In this document: in pieces, positions 40,190 to 56,596 of the stretch | Layout of the letters: every line of letters starts with the position of its first letter | Numbering within the stretch: the stretch's first letter is position 1 | Source: Heptranchias perlo | Lineage: Eukaryota | Assembly (NCBI RefSeq): GCF_035084215.1 | Contig: NW_027139666.1 | Coordinates: 930,001 to 994,000, forward strand | Direction of reading: 5' to 3' | DNA: 64,000 bases | Notes under the pieces: generated by a model | Told to the model about the DNA's origin: nothing | Database searches by the model: none | What the model saw: the letters and a program-made list of their open reading frames with translations, nothing else | Made by a program: the position numbers and the translations under genes

Positions 40190-41370
40190 ATAGTGAGCTG
40201 CAAAGTGTCTAATGAGAGTGAGGATGGCAAATGAAATGGTAGCCTTTATTGTAAGGGTTTTGAAATATAAGATTAAGGAGATCTTGCTGCAATTGCAGTA
40301 TGAGGAAATATTGTGTAAAATTGGCCTATATTCTGTGGAGATAGAAGAATGAGAGGTGATCTCATTGAAATGTATAACATTCTTAGACGGCTTGACAGGG
40401 TAGATGCTGAGAGGCTGATTCCCCTCGCTGGAGAGTCAAGAACTGGAGCTCATAGTCACAAGATAAGGAGTCGGCCATTTAGGACCGATATGAGAAAAAT
40501 TTCTGCACTCAAAGGGTTATGAATCTTTGGAATTCTCTACCCCTGAGGGCTGTGGATGCTCAGTCGTTGAGTATATTCAAAGCTGAGATCGATAGATTAT
40601 TGGAATCTCGGGGAATCAATGGATATGGGGATCGGGTGCGAAAGTGGAGTTGAGGTCGAAGATCAGCCCTGATCTGATTGAATGGCAGAGATGGCTCGTG
40701 GGGCCGTATGGCCTACTCCTGCTCCTATTTCTTACGTTCTTATGTAGAGAGCCTTGTATCCAAGTGTGCTGATGACACTAAGTTAGGTGGCACAATTAAC
40801 ATTATAGATTGGAGCAGAAAGTTGCAAAGGGAAATTGACAGATTAAGTGAGTGGGCAAAACTGTGGCAGATGGAGTTCAACGTGGGGAAGCGTGAGGTCA
40901 TCCAATTTGGACCATAAAAAGATAGATCAGAGTATTTTCTAAATGCGGAGAAGTTAGGAACTGTGGGGGAGGAGAGAGATTTGTGGACCAAATGCAGAAT
41001 TCACTAAAAATGCAAAAAAAAGTTAAAATGGTAATGGAATTTTGATTTTTATCTCAAGGGATCCGGAATAAAAAGGAGTGGAATTTATGTCACAGTTATA
41101 CGGAGCTCTGGTTAGACCTCATTTAAAGTATTGTATTCAGTTCTGGGCACCGCACCTCTGGCAGGATAAGAACAGATGAAATATGAGCAGTAGGTGGCCT
41201 TAGGGCCCTTCGAGCCTGCTCCGCCATTCAATCGATCATGGCTGATTTTGTACCTCCACACCACTTTACTGCCCGATCCCCATATCCCTTGATTTCCTTG
41301 TCCAAAAATCTATCAAACTCAATCTTGAATACATTAAACGACTGAACATCCACAACCTCTGGGGTGGAGA
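40190..41370. mobile_element. Cluster of old CR1-like LINE fragments (40190-40745 +, 40745-41165 +, 41165-41370 -)
   Basis: Remnant peptides RMRGDLIEMY and LVSKCADDTKLGG...WQMEFNVGK; LINE 3'-end hairpin-like sequences. Confidence 0.7.
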
Positions 41371-41371
41371 G

Positions 41372-44485
<3,114 letters not shown>

Positions 44486-44559
44486 TTCCTCATTGTACGG
44501 TCAGTGTCTGTTTAGCAAACCGGCTCTGAATTCCTCAGTCTGTATTTCGAGAAAGGGTT

Positions 44560-44782
44560 CTGTGCGCGACGCGGGCAATATGAACGGTGACCGACGCACT
44601 GCGACTAATGGCGGCCGGAGGCCCCACAATACCCGCGCCCCAGAAACCCCTCTATCTCTCCAAGGTGCTGATTTTCCGCTCAGACTGCGCATGCTCCCGA
44701 GGACCGCCGTGCATTCTGGGAACTCATCGCTGCTTTGTTCGCGAGTCGGACTCGGTGGAAACGGGAGAAGAAACCGGTAAGC
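44560..44782 (+). promoter_or_regulatory. CpG-rich promoter and probable first exon of the zinc-finger gene
   Basis: AATGGCGGC (YY1-like), TGCGCATGC (NRF1-like), strong donor CCG|GTAAGC at 44777. Confidence 0.55.
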
Positions 44783-45187
44783 GGCGGGTAGGACGGGGGA
44801 GGCGCTGGATGATGGGTGTAATGGAGTCCCGGGACCCCCGCCCGCCCGATCCCCCGGGTCCCCCGGCTCTGATTCAGGGCCTGAGCCGCACTCGGTGTTG
44901 CTGAGACTCCGCTCAGTGCAAATGCAGGTTGTTGTTGATCTGCTCCCGTTGGCCTCAGCTTTGCCGGTCAGAATCAGCCAGGGACGGTGACTGTGCTGCT
45001 CCCAATGGTTGAAATGCCGGCAGCTCGCTGTACAGGCTCACAGGTGCAGAATTACCACTTGGCCGGGTACTGGAGGGCAATCAGTGACTGGGGCCGAAAC
45101 CCAACATCACGCAGAACCTTCAGGAGAGAAAAGGAGGAAAAATAGATCCTGCCATGAATCTGGATTTCAAACAGCGAGGACGTGTCA

Positions 45188-45882
45188 CGGAGGGAGAGTG
45201 TGTGGGACGGGGGAATTCACAGCTTAATAGGGGCAAGGAGGGAGAGTGTGTGGGACGGGGGATTTAAGCTTAATAGGAGCAAGGAGGGAGAGTGTGTGGG
45301 ACGGGGGATTTACATCCCAGTAGGGGCAAGGGGGGAGAGTGTGGGACAGGGGTTTTACAGCTTAATGATGGAAAGGAGGGAGAGTGCGTGGGACGGGGGA
45401 TTTACAGCTTAATAGGAGCAAGGAGGGAGAGTGTGGGACGGGGGATTTACAGCTTAATCGGGGCAAGGAGGGAGAGTGTAGGTCGGGTGATTTGTAGCTT
45501 AACAGGGGCAAGAAGGGATAGTGTGTGGGACGGGGGATTTACATCCCAGTAGGGGCAAGGGGGGACAGTGTGGGACAGGGGTTTGACAGCTTAATGATGG
45601 CAAGGAGGGAGAGTGTAGGTCGGGTGATTTATAGCTTAACAGGGGCAAGAAGGGATAGTGTGTGGGACGGGGGATTTATAGCTCAATAGCGGCAAGGAGG
45701 GAGAGTGTGTGGGACGGGGGATTTACAGCTTAATAGGAGCAAGGAGGGGGAGTGTGGACGGGGGATTTACAGATTAATCGGGGCAAGGAGGGAGAGTGTG
45801 TGGGAAGGGGCATTCACAGCTTAATAGGGGCAAGGAGGGAGAGTGTGTGGGACGGGCCATTCACAGCTTAGGATGGGCAAGG
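45188..45882. repeat. G-rich 45-48-bp minisatellite, ~15 copies
   Basis: GGAGGGAGAGTGTGTGGGACGGGGGATTTACAGCTTAATAGGGGCAA units. Confidence 0.9.
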
Positions 45883-45974
45883 GAGAAAAGAATGCTCCAG
45901 AGAAACTAGAACTGTGTGTTCTGAATTTCTATCCTGTATTTATGGCGATGAATTATGTAAATATGAGCACAGAT

Positions 45975-46400
45975 GCGTAGAGGCTTGTATTCTCTTGAAT
46001 ATACAAGATTAAGGACTGATCTAATTGAGGTGTTTAAGATGATGAGAGGTTTTGATAGAGTAGATGGAGATAAACTATTTCCTCTGGTGGGAGAGTCCAG
46101 AACAAGGGGGAATCATCTTAAAATTAGAGCTCGGCCATTGAGGGGTGATGTCCGGAAGCAATTCTTCACACAAAGGGGAGTGGAAATCTGGAACTCTCTT
46201 CACTCCAAAAAGCTGTTGAGGCCGGGGGTCAATTGTAAATTTGAAAATTGAGTTTGATAGATTTTAGTTTGGCCAAAGTATTAAGGATTCTTATGCCAAG
46301 GAGGGTAGATAGAGTTAAGATATAAATCAGCCATGATCTAATTGAATGGCGGAACCGGCTCGTGGGGCTGAATGGCCAACTCCTGTTCCTATGTTCCTAA
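45975..46400 (+). mobile_element. CR1-like LINE 3' fragment
   Basis: GLYSLEYTRLRTDLIEVFKMMRGFDRVD...FFTQRGVEIWNSL plus 3' UTR. Confidence 0.8.
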
Positions 46401-46479
46401 ATGCAGCCATCCGCAATAAGATTGTGGATGGCAAGGGCCTTGCTCACAAGTGAACGGACATCTGGAGGGAGATGCGGTG

Positions 46480-47630
46480 AGAGCAGGTGACTGGTCAGGG
46501 AGTGTCTGTAAATGAAGTAGAAATGGGGACGGTCAGGGAGCGTCTGTCAATGAAGGAGAAATGGTGACTGGTCATGGAGTGTCCGTAAATGAAGGATAAA
46601 TGGTGACTGGTCATGGAGTGTTTGTCAATGAAGGAGAACTGGTGACAGGTCAGGGAGTGTCTATAAATGAAGGAAGAATGGAGACGGTCAGGGAGTGTCT
46701 GTAAATGAAGGAGAAATGCTGACTAGTTAGGGAGTGTCTGTAAATGAAGGAAAAATGGTGACTGGACAGGGATTGTCTCTAAATGAAGGATAAATGGTGA
46801 CGGGTGAGGAAGTGTCTGCCTATGAAGGAGAAACAGTGAATTATCAGGGAGTGTCTATCAATGAAAGAGAAATGGGGTCAGGTCAGTGAATGTCTGTAAA
46901 TGAAGAATAAATGGTGATCAGTCAGGGAGTGTCTGCAAATGAAGGAAAAATTGCCTGATTATGGAGTGTCTGTAAATGAAGGAAAAATAGTGTCTGGTTA
47001 GGGAGTGTCTATAAATGAAATCGAAATGGTGACAGGTCAGGGCGTGTCTATAAATGAAGGAGGAATGCTGACGGGTCAGGGAGTGTATATAAATGCAGGT
47101 GAAATGGCACCTGGTAAGGGAGTATCTATAAATGGGAGAGGACATGGTGACAGGTCATGGAGTGTCTATAAATGAAGGAAAAATGGTGACGGGATAGGGA
47201 CTATCTATAAATGACGGAGAAATGGTGACAGTTCAGGCAGAGTCTGTAAATGACGGAGAAATTGTGACAGTTCAGGCAGAGTCTGTAAATGATGGAGAAA
47301 TGGTGACTTGTCAGGCAGCGTTTGTTAATGAAGGAGAAATAGTAACTGGTCAAGGAGTGTCTGTCAATGAAGGAGGAACGGTGATTGGTCCGGGAGTGTC
47401 TGTGAATGCAGGAGAAATGTTGTCATGTCAGGTATTGTCTACAAATGAAGAAGAAATAGTGATGGGCCAGGGAGCGTCTATTAATGAAGGAGAAATGGTG
47501 TTTGATCAGGGAGTGTCTGTAAATGAAAGTGAAATGGTGACTGGTCAGTGAGTGTCAGCAAATAAAGGAGAAATTGTGATAGGTCAGGGATAGTCTTTAA
47601 ATGAAGGAGAAATGGTGACTGGTCAGGGTG
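46480..47630. repeat. 39-bp minisatellite, ~29 copies
   Basis: GTGACTGGTCAGGGAGTGTCTGTAAATGAAGGAGAAATG units. Confidence 0.92.
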
Positions 47631-47744
47631 ATTCCGTCGCCAAATTTGGGAGGTATTACATATGGACTGCTTACAGGCAGCTGTAGGGAGGGACATAGTG
47701 TCGAAATGAGGGGCAGACCATATACACACAGCAAGAGTGAACAT

Positions 47745-47935
47745 CTTCAGGAGAGGAGAGGGGAACCAGTGAGTGTAGAACTGAATCCAACCAGAGTCAG
47801 CACATTCAGGGGAAGAGAGAGTTGGGAGCAGTGAATGTAGAACTGAACCTAGCCAGAGCAAGCAACTTCAGTGGAGGAGAGGGAATGGAACCAGTGAGTG
47901 TAGAACTGAAACCAGTCCGAGTCGGGATCTTCAAG
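47745..47935. repeat. ~60-65-bp tandem repeat, 3 copies
   Basis: CAGTGAGTGTAGAACTGAA...CCAGAGTCAGCAC.TTCAGG repeated. Confidence 0.65.
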
Positions 47936-48142
47936 ACAGAAAAATTAAATAGAAGGAAAATTGTTGCAAGTGATGCGATGGGTTTGCGTTTCAGCAGATG
48001 GAGGAGGGTGAGTGTGCGGGACGGGGATTTACAGTCTGTGGGAATGAGCGAGCGGGTAGAATGTTCCATAGAAACTAGAATTGCCTGTTCTGAATTTCAA
48101 TCCCGTATTCACAGTGAGGACTTTTGTTATCTCCTTTTACAG

Positions 48143-49595
48143 GGTATTAGAAGGGGAGGATTTGCAGACGAGAAACTCAAACCAAACATCACGTCAAGAT
48201 CTGACAGTCACTCTATTCACCAGCCCCTGAAGATTATCGGCCTTAAAATATAGGAGAAATGTTGATCTGTTCCATCCGTGGGAAAAGATTTCAAACATCA
48301 CTGTGACTGGAATAGCAGCGAGACACACACACCCGAATGAGAGTGTTCCAGTGCACTGACTGTGGAAAGAAATTTAACCAGTTACACAGCCTGAAAAAAC
48401 ATCGTACCATTCACAGTGGGGAGAAACCAGACAAATGTTCTCTTTGCAGACGAGACTTGAACTGGTCGTCCAACCTGGAGAGACACGAGGACGCCCGCAC
48501 CATGGAGAAACCGTGGAAATGTGGGGACTGTGGGAGGGGATTCAGTTACTCGTCCCGGCTGGAAACTCATCGACACAGACACACTGGGGAGAGGCCGTTC
48601 ACCTGCTCCGTGTGTGGGAAGGGATTCACTCAGTCATCCCACCTCATTGAACATGAACTTGTTCACACTGATAAGAGACTTTTTTAATGTTCTGCCTGTG
48701 AGAAGAGCTTTAAAAGAAAAAGTGATCTGCTGACACACCAACGCATTCACAGTGGGGAGAGGTCGTTCACCTGCTCCGTGTGTGGGAAGGGATTCATTCA
48801 GTCATCCAACCTGCTGACACACCAGCGAATTCACACTGGGGAGAGGCCGTTCACCTGCTCCGTGTGTGGGAGCGGATTCACTCAATCTTCCCACCTCATT
48901 GAACATCAACTTGTTCACACTGATAGTGTCTTTTTAAATGTTCTGTCTGTGAGAAGAGCTTTAAAAGAAAAAGTGATCTGCTGACACACCAACGTACTCA
49001 CACTGGGGAGAGGCCGTTCATCTGCTCCGTGTGTGGGAAGGGATTTACTCGGTCATCCAGCCTACTGACACACCAGCGAGTCCACACTGGGGAGATGCCG
49101 TTCACCTGCTCTGTGTGTGGGAAGCGATTCACTCGATCATCCCACCTCCTGAGACATCAGCAAGTTCACATCGGGGAGAGGCCATTCACCTGCTCCCTGT
49201 GCGGGAAGGGATTCGCTCAGTCATCCACCCTGCTGACACACCAGCGAGTTCACACTGGGGAGAGGCCGTTCACCTGCTCCGTGTGTGGGAAGAGCTTCAC
49301 TCAGTCATCCACCCTGCTGACACACCAACGAGTTCACACTGGGGAGAGGCCATTCACCTGCTCTGTGTGTGGGAAGGAATTCACTTGTTCATCCGGCCTC
49401 ATTGAACACCAACTTGTTCACACTGATAAGAGACCCTTTAAATGTTCTAACTGTGAGAAGAGCTTTAAAAGAACATGGGATCTGATGAGACATGAACGTA
49501 TTCACATTGAGGAGATTCCGATCACCTGTTCCGTGTGTGGGATGGGATTCACTCAGTCATCCCTCCTGCTGAGTCACCAGCGGGTTCACATTTGA
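48143..49595 (+). pseudogene. C2H2 zinc-finger gene terminal exon (~15 fingers), disrupted
   Basis: Acceptor TTTTACAG at 48142; [16 protein letters not shown] linkers; stops before the fingers, TAA at 48685-48687, 1-nt deletion near 48925; AATAAA at 49729. Confidence 0.88.
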
Positions 49596-49899
49596 CTGCA
49601 GGAGTTGGATTCTGCTGTTATTGCTGTATCCAGGACTAAACCACGTTCATTCTGACAGTTGGAGTTTGTTTCTGATGTTAATGACCCCCTTTAACTGGGC
49701 TGAAGTTTAGTATTCTGTACAAGTGTCAAATAAATCAGCTTTCTTTTAAACACAGTGTTTTTGACCTTCATATCTCGATGATAAAAGAAACAGTTGGAGG
49801 ATGTATGACGACGTGAGTGGAATACATCTTCGTACTGAGCTCCTCCACCTTTTTAAAAGATAGATCTTCAAGATATCCAAGTCTGACAGGACATAAAAT

Positions 49900-51240
49900 T
49901 CTATTATATCACAGGGTCCAGTTCAATCAGCCTGAGCAGGTTTCCACTCTCCTTGTGTGAAAAAGAGCTTCCTGATTTCAATCCGAGACGCCCTAGCTCT
50001 AAATTTAAGGTTATGTCCTCTTGTTCTGGATTCCCCCACCAGAGAAAATAGTTTCTGTTTCTACCACTTCGAATCCCTTTATCATTTTAAATCCCTGGAT
50101 CAGATCACCCTTCAAACTTCTAAACTGAAAGGAATGCAAAACCAAGTTTATGCAACCGGTCCTCATAATTGAACACTTCAATGCCCAGTATCATTCTGGT
50201 GAATCTGCACTGTCCCCCCTCCAAGGCCAATATATCCTTGGTGAGGATCAGTACTCCAGATGGGCTCTGACCAAGGCTCTGTAGAACTGAAGCATCACTT
50301 CCTTCCCTTTGTATTCCAACACTGGAGATAAAGGCCATTAGTCTGTGGTTGCTTTTTGCATCTGTGCACTAGCATTTAGTGATTTGTGTCCATGGACACC
50401 CAAATCCCTTTGCTCCTTCACCATTCGCAGTCTCTCACTTTAAGAAAATACTCCAATGTTACCTTTTTGCATCCAAAGTGAATGATCTCACACTTCCCCA
50501 CATTGAACTCCATCTGCCACAGTTTGTCCATTCACTTAAACTTTCCCTTTGTAACTTTCTGCTCCCATCTACACAACTTACTGTGCCTCATAACTTAGTG
50601 TCATCTGGAAACTTGGATCTACAACTCTCTATTCCTTCATCCAATTTATTGATAAATATGGTGAAAAGCTGAGGCCCCAGTACAGATCCATGGGGACACC
50701 ACTAGTCATATCCCGCCAATCAAAGAAAATTCCCTTTCTCCTTACTCTTTTCTCCGACCTCCCAACCAATTGCAACCCAAGTCACAAGGTCACTTTCAAT
50801 TTTGTGCCTTTTATTTATTCCATTAATCTCTTGTGCTGAACCTTTTCAAATGCATTCTGTAAGTCCATATAGAAAACCTTCATAGACACTCCCCTGTCCA
50901 CCTTGTTAGTTTCCTCAACAAATCCAACGAAATTAGTCAGATATGACCTGCCCTTCACAAATCCAAGTTGACTCTCTTTGACCAGCTCATTTTTTTTCTC
51001 ATGATAGATTTCAGTTAGTTCCCCACAACCGACGTTAAAATGACAAGTCTGTATTGTCCTGGTTTCTCCCTCCTTCCTTTCTTAAATAAACGGAGTGACA
51101 TTTTCAACATTCATATCCAAAGGCACAATTCCTGAGTCTGGAGAGCTTTGGGAAATTATGACGAATGCATCTGCAATTTCCCCACCTGTTTCCTTTAAAA
51201 CTCTGGGGTGGAAACCGTCACATCCTGGAGATTTCATTCT
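49900..51240 (-). mobile_element. Degraded CR1 LINE
   Basis: Remnant KDILALEGGQCRFTRMILG.....YEDRLHKLG and RT-region sequence. Confidence 0.75.
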
Positions 51241-51261
51241 TAGTTTGTAGTTATTTATTTA

Positions 51262-51660
51262 TCTGACTGTGTATAACAGGACTGAGTGTCCCAGCACTGA
51301 GTGTGTGTATAACAGGACTGAATGTCCCAGCACTGACTGTGTCTATAACAGGACTGAATGTCCCAGCACTGACTGTGTCTATAACAGGACTGAGTGTCCC
51401 AGCACTGACTGTGTGTATAACAGGACTGAATGTCCCAGCACTGACTGTGTCTACAACAGGACTGAATGTCCCAGCACTGACTGTGTCTATAACAGGACTG
51501 AGTGTCTTAGCACTGACTCTGTATATAACAGGACTGAGTGTCCCAGCACTGACTGTGTCTATAACAGGACTGAGTGTCTTAGCACTGACTCTGTATATAA
51601 CAGGACTGAGTGTCCTAGCACTGACTGTGTGTTATACAGGACTGAGAGTCCGAGCACTGA
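51262..51660. repeat. 36-bp minisatellite, ~11 copies
   Basis: GTATAACAGG at 51271 and 51307; unit TATAACAGGACTGAGTGTCCCAGCACTGACTGTGTC. Confidence 0.93.
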
Positions 51661-51694
51661 GGGTGGCGAGACATGCGGTTGTCGGTGGAGATTA

Positions 51695-51880
51695 AATCGG
51701 TTGCAGGGGATTACAGAGATAGGGAGAGGGTGAGGGCCATGGAGGGATTTGAACACGAGGATTGTAGGGCTGGAAGAGGTTGCAGAGATAGGGAGGGGGT
51801 GAGGGCCATAGAGGGATTTGAACACGAGGATGAGAATTTTAAAGTCGAGGCATTGCCACACCGGGAGCCAATGTAATAGA
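51695..51880 (-). mobile_element. L2 LINE fragment with an internal duplication
   Basis: LHWLPVWQCLDFKILILVFKSL motif; ILVFKSL.GPHPLPIS occurs twice. Confidence 0.7.
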
Positions 51881-51949
51881 ACACGAACAGAGCAAGACAC
51901 ACACAGAGGTCTCACAACAGAGCATGAACGGTCTCAAGGACCACCTCCC

Positions 51950-52650
51950 TCCAGGGGTCACGATACCTCCATCGCGGGGTCGTGGTCACACCATCCCGGG
52001 GTCGCGGTCCCTCCGTCCCTGGGGTCGCGGTACATCCGTCCCTGGGGTCGCGGTCCCTCCATCCCGGGTTCACGGCCCCTCCCTCCCGGGGTCGCGTTCC
52101 CTCCGTCCGCGGGGTCACAGTGCCTCCATCCCTGGGGTCGCAGTTCCTCCATCCCGGTGTCGACGCCCCGCTGTCCCAGGATCGCGATCCCACCATCCCG
52201 GGGTCACAGTCCCTCCATCCCTGGGGTCGCAGTTCCTCCATCCCGGTGTCGACGCCCCGCTGTCCCAGGATCGCGATCCCACCATCCCGGGGTCACAGTC
52301 CCTCCATCCCTGGGGTCGCAGTTCCTCCATCCCGGGGTCGACGCCCCGCTGTCCCAGGATCGCGGTCCCACCATCCGGGGTCGCGGTCCCTCCATCCCCG
52401 GGTCTCAGTCCCACCGTTCGAGGGTCTCGGTCCCTCCATCCCGGGGTCTCAGTCCCACCGTTCCAGGGTCTCGGTCCCTCCATCCCGGGGTCTCGGTCCC
52501 ACCATCCCGGGGTCGCGGTCCCTCCGTCCCGGGGTCTCAGTCCCACCGTTCCAGGGTCTCGGTCCCTCCATCCCGGGGTCTCGGTCCCTCCATCAGGGTG
52601 TCTCGGTCCCACCGTCCCGGGGTCTCGGTCCCTCCGTCCCGGGGGTTGCG
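51950..52650. repeat. GC-rich ~22-bp VNTR with higher-order subunits
   Basis: GGGGTCGCGGTCCCTCCATCCC and variants; a ~89-bp block is repeated about 3 times (52110-52380). Confidence 0.9.
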
Positions 52651-53010
52651 ACCCCATTAACGCCGATCGGGCCTGAAGTCGGAGGAGCTGTTGCCCGGGC
52701 CGGCCTCACGGCGCCATTCCAAGGCCCCGGGGCCCAGGCCACTTCCAGATGCGGACCCTCCCTCTGTCGGTCTCGACCCCGCCCACAGCAGCGGCCGCCC
52801 GCCCACCGACCCGAGGCCGCCATCATCATCCTCCCGGGACGCGGATGTTGCTGAAGGAACGCGGCATAGGGACCGCGCGGCGCATGCGCGGCGCCCCTCG
52901 GGCCGGAGATGTATGTGCTCATCGCGATGTCAGCGCGCAAAGGTGAGAGACGATGCCGCGTGTCACGTGATAGGAGGAGTCAGCCCAGGACCCAGGAGGG
53001 CGGAGGTGAG
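52650..53010 (-). promoter_or_regulatory. CpG-island promoter, probably minus-strand
   Basis: GCGCATGCGC at ~52880, TCACGTGA E-box at ~52963, minus-strand GATGGCGGCC (YY1-like) at ~52815-52824. Confidence 0.5.
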
Positions 53011-53506
53011 GGCTGTCAATCAAAGGGCCCGGAGTCAGCACTCACTGCGCACAGGGTTTGGAGAATTTGTTCAAAAAATAAAAATAGGAATGTACAAAAA
53101 AGTGGATAAATTGCAAATCCAATAATCTGAATTAAAAACAGAAATGTCCAAAGTCACATAAGACTAATGGTCTGGGTCCTCCTGTCACTCTCAGTCTTCT
53201 CTACCTGGGGCACAGGATGAGCAGAATGCTTGAATCTATATTTTTTAATGCAGAGTGCGCTGGATGTATGGAATGGACCAGCAAGGGAGGCAGTGGGGCC
53301 TGATTGTATCAGCAAATTCCACAGAGTTGGGAAAGTACATGATAGCGCTACCTTGGGATATGACAGCCTAGAAATTGGGATCTTTCATTCATTTTTTACA
53401 CTTGTGCACTTATTTTTATTGATTGGTGTACCTGGACACCCAAACCCCTCTGCTCCTCCACAGTCCCCAGTTTCTCACCCTTAAGAAAATACTCCCTATT
53501 TCTCAC

Positions 53507-53578
53507 CTGATGCCTGCAATAAATGATATTTGTATAACTTCCAACATCTTTACGATTCGGGTCGGTTTCCACTATTCA
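53507..53578 (-). pseudogene. Gene X copy G, dead exon 2
   Basis: 72-nt homologue with the CAG|GTGAGA donor retained, acceptor mutated to CAC, in-frame TAG. Confidence 0.45.
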
Positions 53579-53624
53579 GTGTCCAATAAGAAGAGAAATA
53601 GTGAGACTGGAACTTTATTTAATA

Positions 53625-54230
53625 TTTCAAAATATACTTTATTTCATAAAATTCATGAATACACACAGTTCAATGTAAATATTACAATTACAATTCAAAA
53701 CAAATACAATACACATCATACGATTCCATTATTACAAGTCAAAACACAGTAAATATCTTCTAATACATGCTGTACAATACAAGGTGGGATAGCCTTACAC
53801 GGTTGCCTTTCCCAATAAAGCCTTTGTGTAGGCCGCACATCGCTTCAGTGTGCACCTCAGCATGAAATACTGGACCTTGGATTGTGCCAGTGGCCAACAC
53901 TTGGCCGCGGACAGTTCCCTCGGCAGGAAGACCAGCAAGTTTCGGGGGAACAAAGGGCCTCCTTGACCGAATTGATGGTCTTCCAGCAGCTGTTGATATC
54001 TGTCTCGTTGTGCATCTTGGACAACTGCCCATAGAGGACAGCGACCTGTGTTACCGAGCTGTTGGGGATGAACTCCTCTTCGACACCACGGTATAGGGGT
54101 CCAGTCTCCGTTGGGTGGGTTATCAGCTTCTACCCGAATACACGGATCCATTCGCCCACATTCATGTTAGTGTTTGGCAAACACTGTCTGATGTCTTTCA
54201 CACACCTGTCGAACCTTGGGGTCAGAGACG
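53625..54230 (-). mobile_element. Tx1/L1-clade LINE 3' end
   Basis: C-terminal remnant DINSCWKTINSVKEAL...RNLLVF...LAQSKVQYFMLR...KALLGKATV*, then an AT-rich UTR with AATAAA. Confidence 0.6.
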
Positions 54231-56596
54231 TAGGGGGTAATTTCACCTTCACATCTTGGGAGGTAAACTGACGGAGCAAGAATTAAAATCGGGCGGGTTC
54301 TGTAAGGGGCGGGTGATCGGCTCTACCAGTTCAGTCCCCAGCGATGCTGAAAATTTCCCTCCACGTGTTATGAACCGATGCAATTTGAGAAAATGGACCA
54401 GCTTGTGGGCTTCGAAGATTCATTCTAGGGCGTAGGTCAGGAAAGGTGTGGCCGATTTTAAGTATCCTCGCCTGGCGGAAATAGGGTGGTCGAGGCTTGT
54501 AAATGGTGTCAGGTCATTACCGCCCCTTTAACACTGGCGTTCCTGCCTCCACCATCGTGGGTCATGTCCTGAGAAGAGCGGCCCGAGCAACACCCACCTG
54601 TTTCCGGTCAGGCCACTTGTAATATGTAAATCAGAGTATTATGACGTACACGGGAAACCATTTAATGCTGGCTAAAAATGGATGGAGGAGCCGCCCTTTC
54701 GATGGATATTGAGTGGTCCAGAACTCTGAGAAGTTTCTTTTTAACATATATTTTGTGGGGCAAGGAGGAGCAGGAGAGCTTTCCCTTGGCCTGCTGCGGC
54801 CGTGTGAAATCTCCCGCCCCCTGATCGTCTCAGAAATGTATCAGGAGGTTTCCTTATCGATCTCTGTAACCAGGCCCAGCCTCATGTCCCATTAAACTCC
54901 CTGCAGTGAGTAAACATTGCTGCACAGCAGCTCAGAGAGGAAACGATCTCCGGAACTCCCCACTGGAGTTTGAAATTACATTAATATTTTACCAGTTAGT
55001 AACGGTCCGGGTGTTGGTCCATTATTATTCTGTTCTGGTCAAAACAAATGTCCCAATGAACAGGACGCTGTCTGACCCTGACAGCTCACCCTCAGTCCAT
55101 CCCACCAGGCAGTGTGTGTGATGGGAAATAATCATCAACCGAAATGGAGCATTTGATTTTATTCATTACAGGATTAAACATTTAATATTGAAATCATATT
55201 ATTTCCCGACTAATAACAGCAAACCATTTCATGTTAGAATCACATCTTGCATTATTTCTCAAAAAGCATTTGTTGGATAAAATATAATTCCTGTCTGTTA
55301 TTTCCAAATTTATTTGAAGTATTGGATTGATATCAGTTACTTCAGTGAACTCATTGGTGTCAATGGATAGTAAAATCAGGCGTAGTGAACAATGGGGTCC
55401 CAATCCGCTATCGCCGACTTACTCCACCGCCAAAGCGGAAAATCCACTCTCTTAATTAGCAGTTTACAAAATTCTTATTCCAGCTGATTTGTAGAATCTC
55501 ATGTGTTGGGGTTTGAATTGTGAAGCGGATTTTCTCCGCCAGTTTTACCGTCTCACAGAGACTCTCACCCTGAATCTGTGAAAAGGTTATGACCATGAAC
55601 TGGGACTGGAGCCGAACACATCCCCAGTTCCGGTGTGGCCTGGACAGCCCATTCTCTCTGTTTTATATCAGACAGCATTCCACCTTCAAAAACAGCACTC
55701 GAGAGAGAAAGCAAGACACACACTGTCAGTCTTACACTTCCTATCAGTATGTTCATATCACGGTTAATAGCAGTATCCAACCTTCATATACAGCACCGGA
55801 GAGTGAGAGAGAAAGGGAGACAGATACTGTGACAGAACGAGCGGAGAGGCACAGTGCAACAGTATCAGTTCCAGACTGACTTGTAAAGTTGCGTTTTATC
55901 CAGAAATTCCCGTTGTAGAGACAGAAGATGCAGTCTTATCTCTCACTGATATACCAGGGACGGACACACCATTAATCCCACACTCAGGGACAGTGCAGAG
56001 AGTGACAAAAACAATGTGGGCCGAATTTAACCCTCTCTTGCCTGTTGTACTACATTCGGTTTTGCAGATCAGGGCCGTTCGCTATTACTCTCAGTGACCG
56101 AGAGTTTCAATCTGATTATATTAATATGGGACTGTTGCTGTCAGATATTAATCCTACACGCTCCCAGCAAATACACGGACTCCGACTTTCATCCCATTTT
56201 TCTCCAGGATTAGTTTGAGAAATCCTGCATCCAGTTTCGGAGTCACACGTTAATTAATGGTTAATTGGGCCAAGAATGAACAGAATCCTTTGGCTCATTT
56301 CAAAACGTCCCACTTTATCTATGAAAGACTATTTACCATCAAAAGATACAGAGAGAAACAGCAGGGATGGAAACATCTAGTTTAACAGTTAGAGATTGTA
56401 AAGTCAGTCTGGATTCCAGCGTTAGTCACTGGTGGAATCCCATCTGTTTCCCATTCTGGTGCCTGTTCCTGCACTGCCTGTGGACCCTATTCCCTCTGAC
56501 CTTTCCCCCAGACCCACTTCCTTTGCTCAGACTCTGAAAAATTCCAATTGGGGAAAGTTTCCATCGATTTTTGTATTGGGAATTAAACCAGATATC

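Noticed and set aside
47222-47551. Repeat-protein ORFs in the 39-bp and 36-bp VNTRs (also 51269-51733 and 58632-59048)
   Set aside because: Unit lengths divisible by 3 keep frames open, neighbouring units in the 46.5-47.6 kb array contain stops and indels, and there is no splice or start context.
49029-49595. Functional 188-aa zinc-finger protein
   Set aside because: Starts at GTG inside a finger and lies downstream of several stops and a frameshift in the same exon.
51818-52854. 250-290-aa ORFs in several frames
   Set aside because: Artefacts of a stop-poor GC-rich VNTR that is open in nearly all frames.
54270-54900. Possible non-autonomous DNA transposon
   Set aside because: It looks repeat-like, but I could not define terminal inverted repeats or a TSD.
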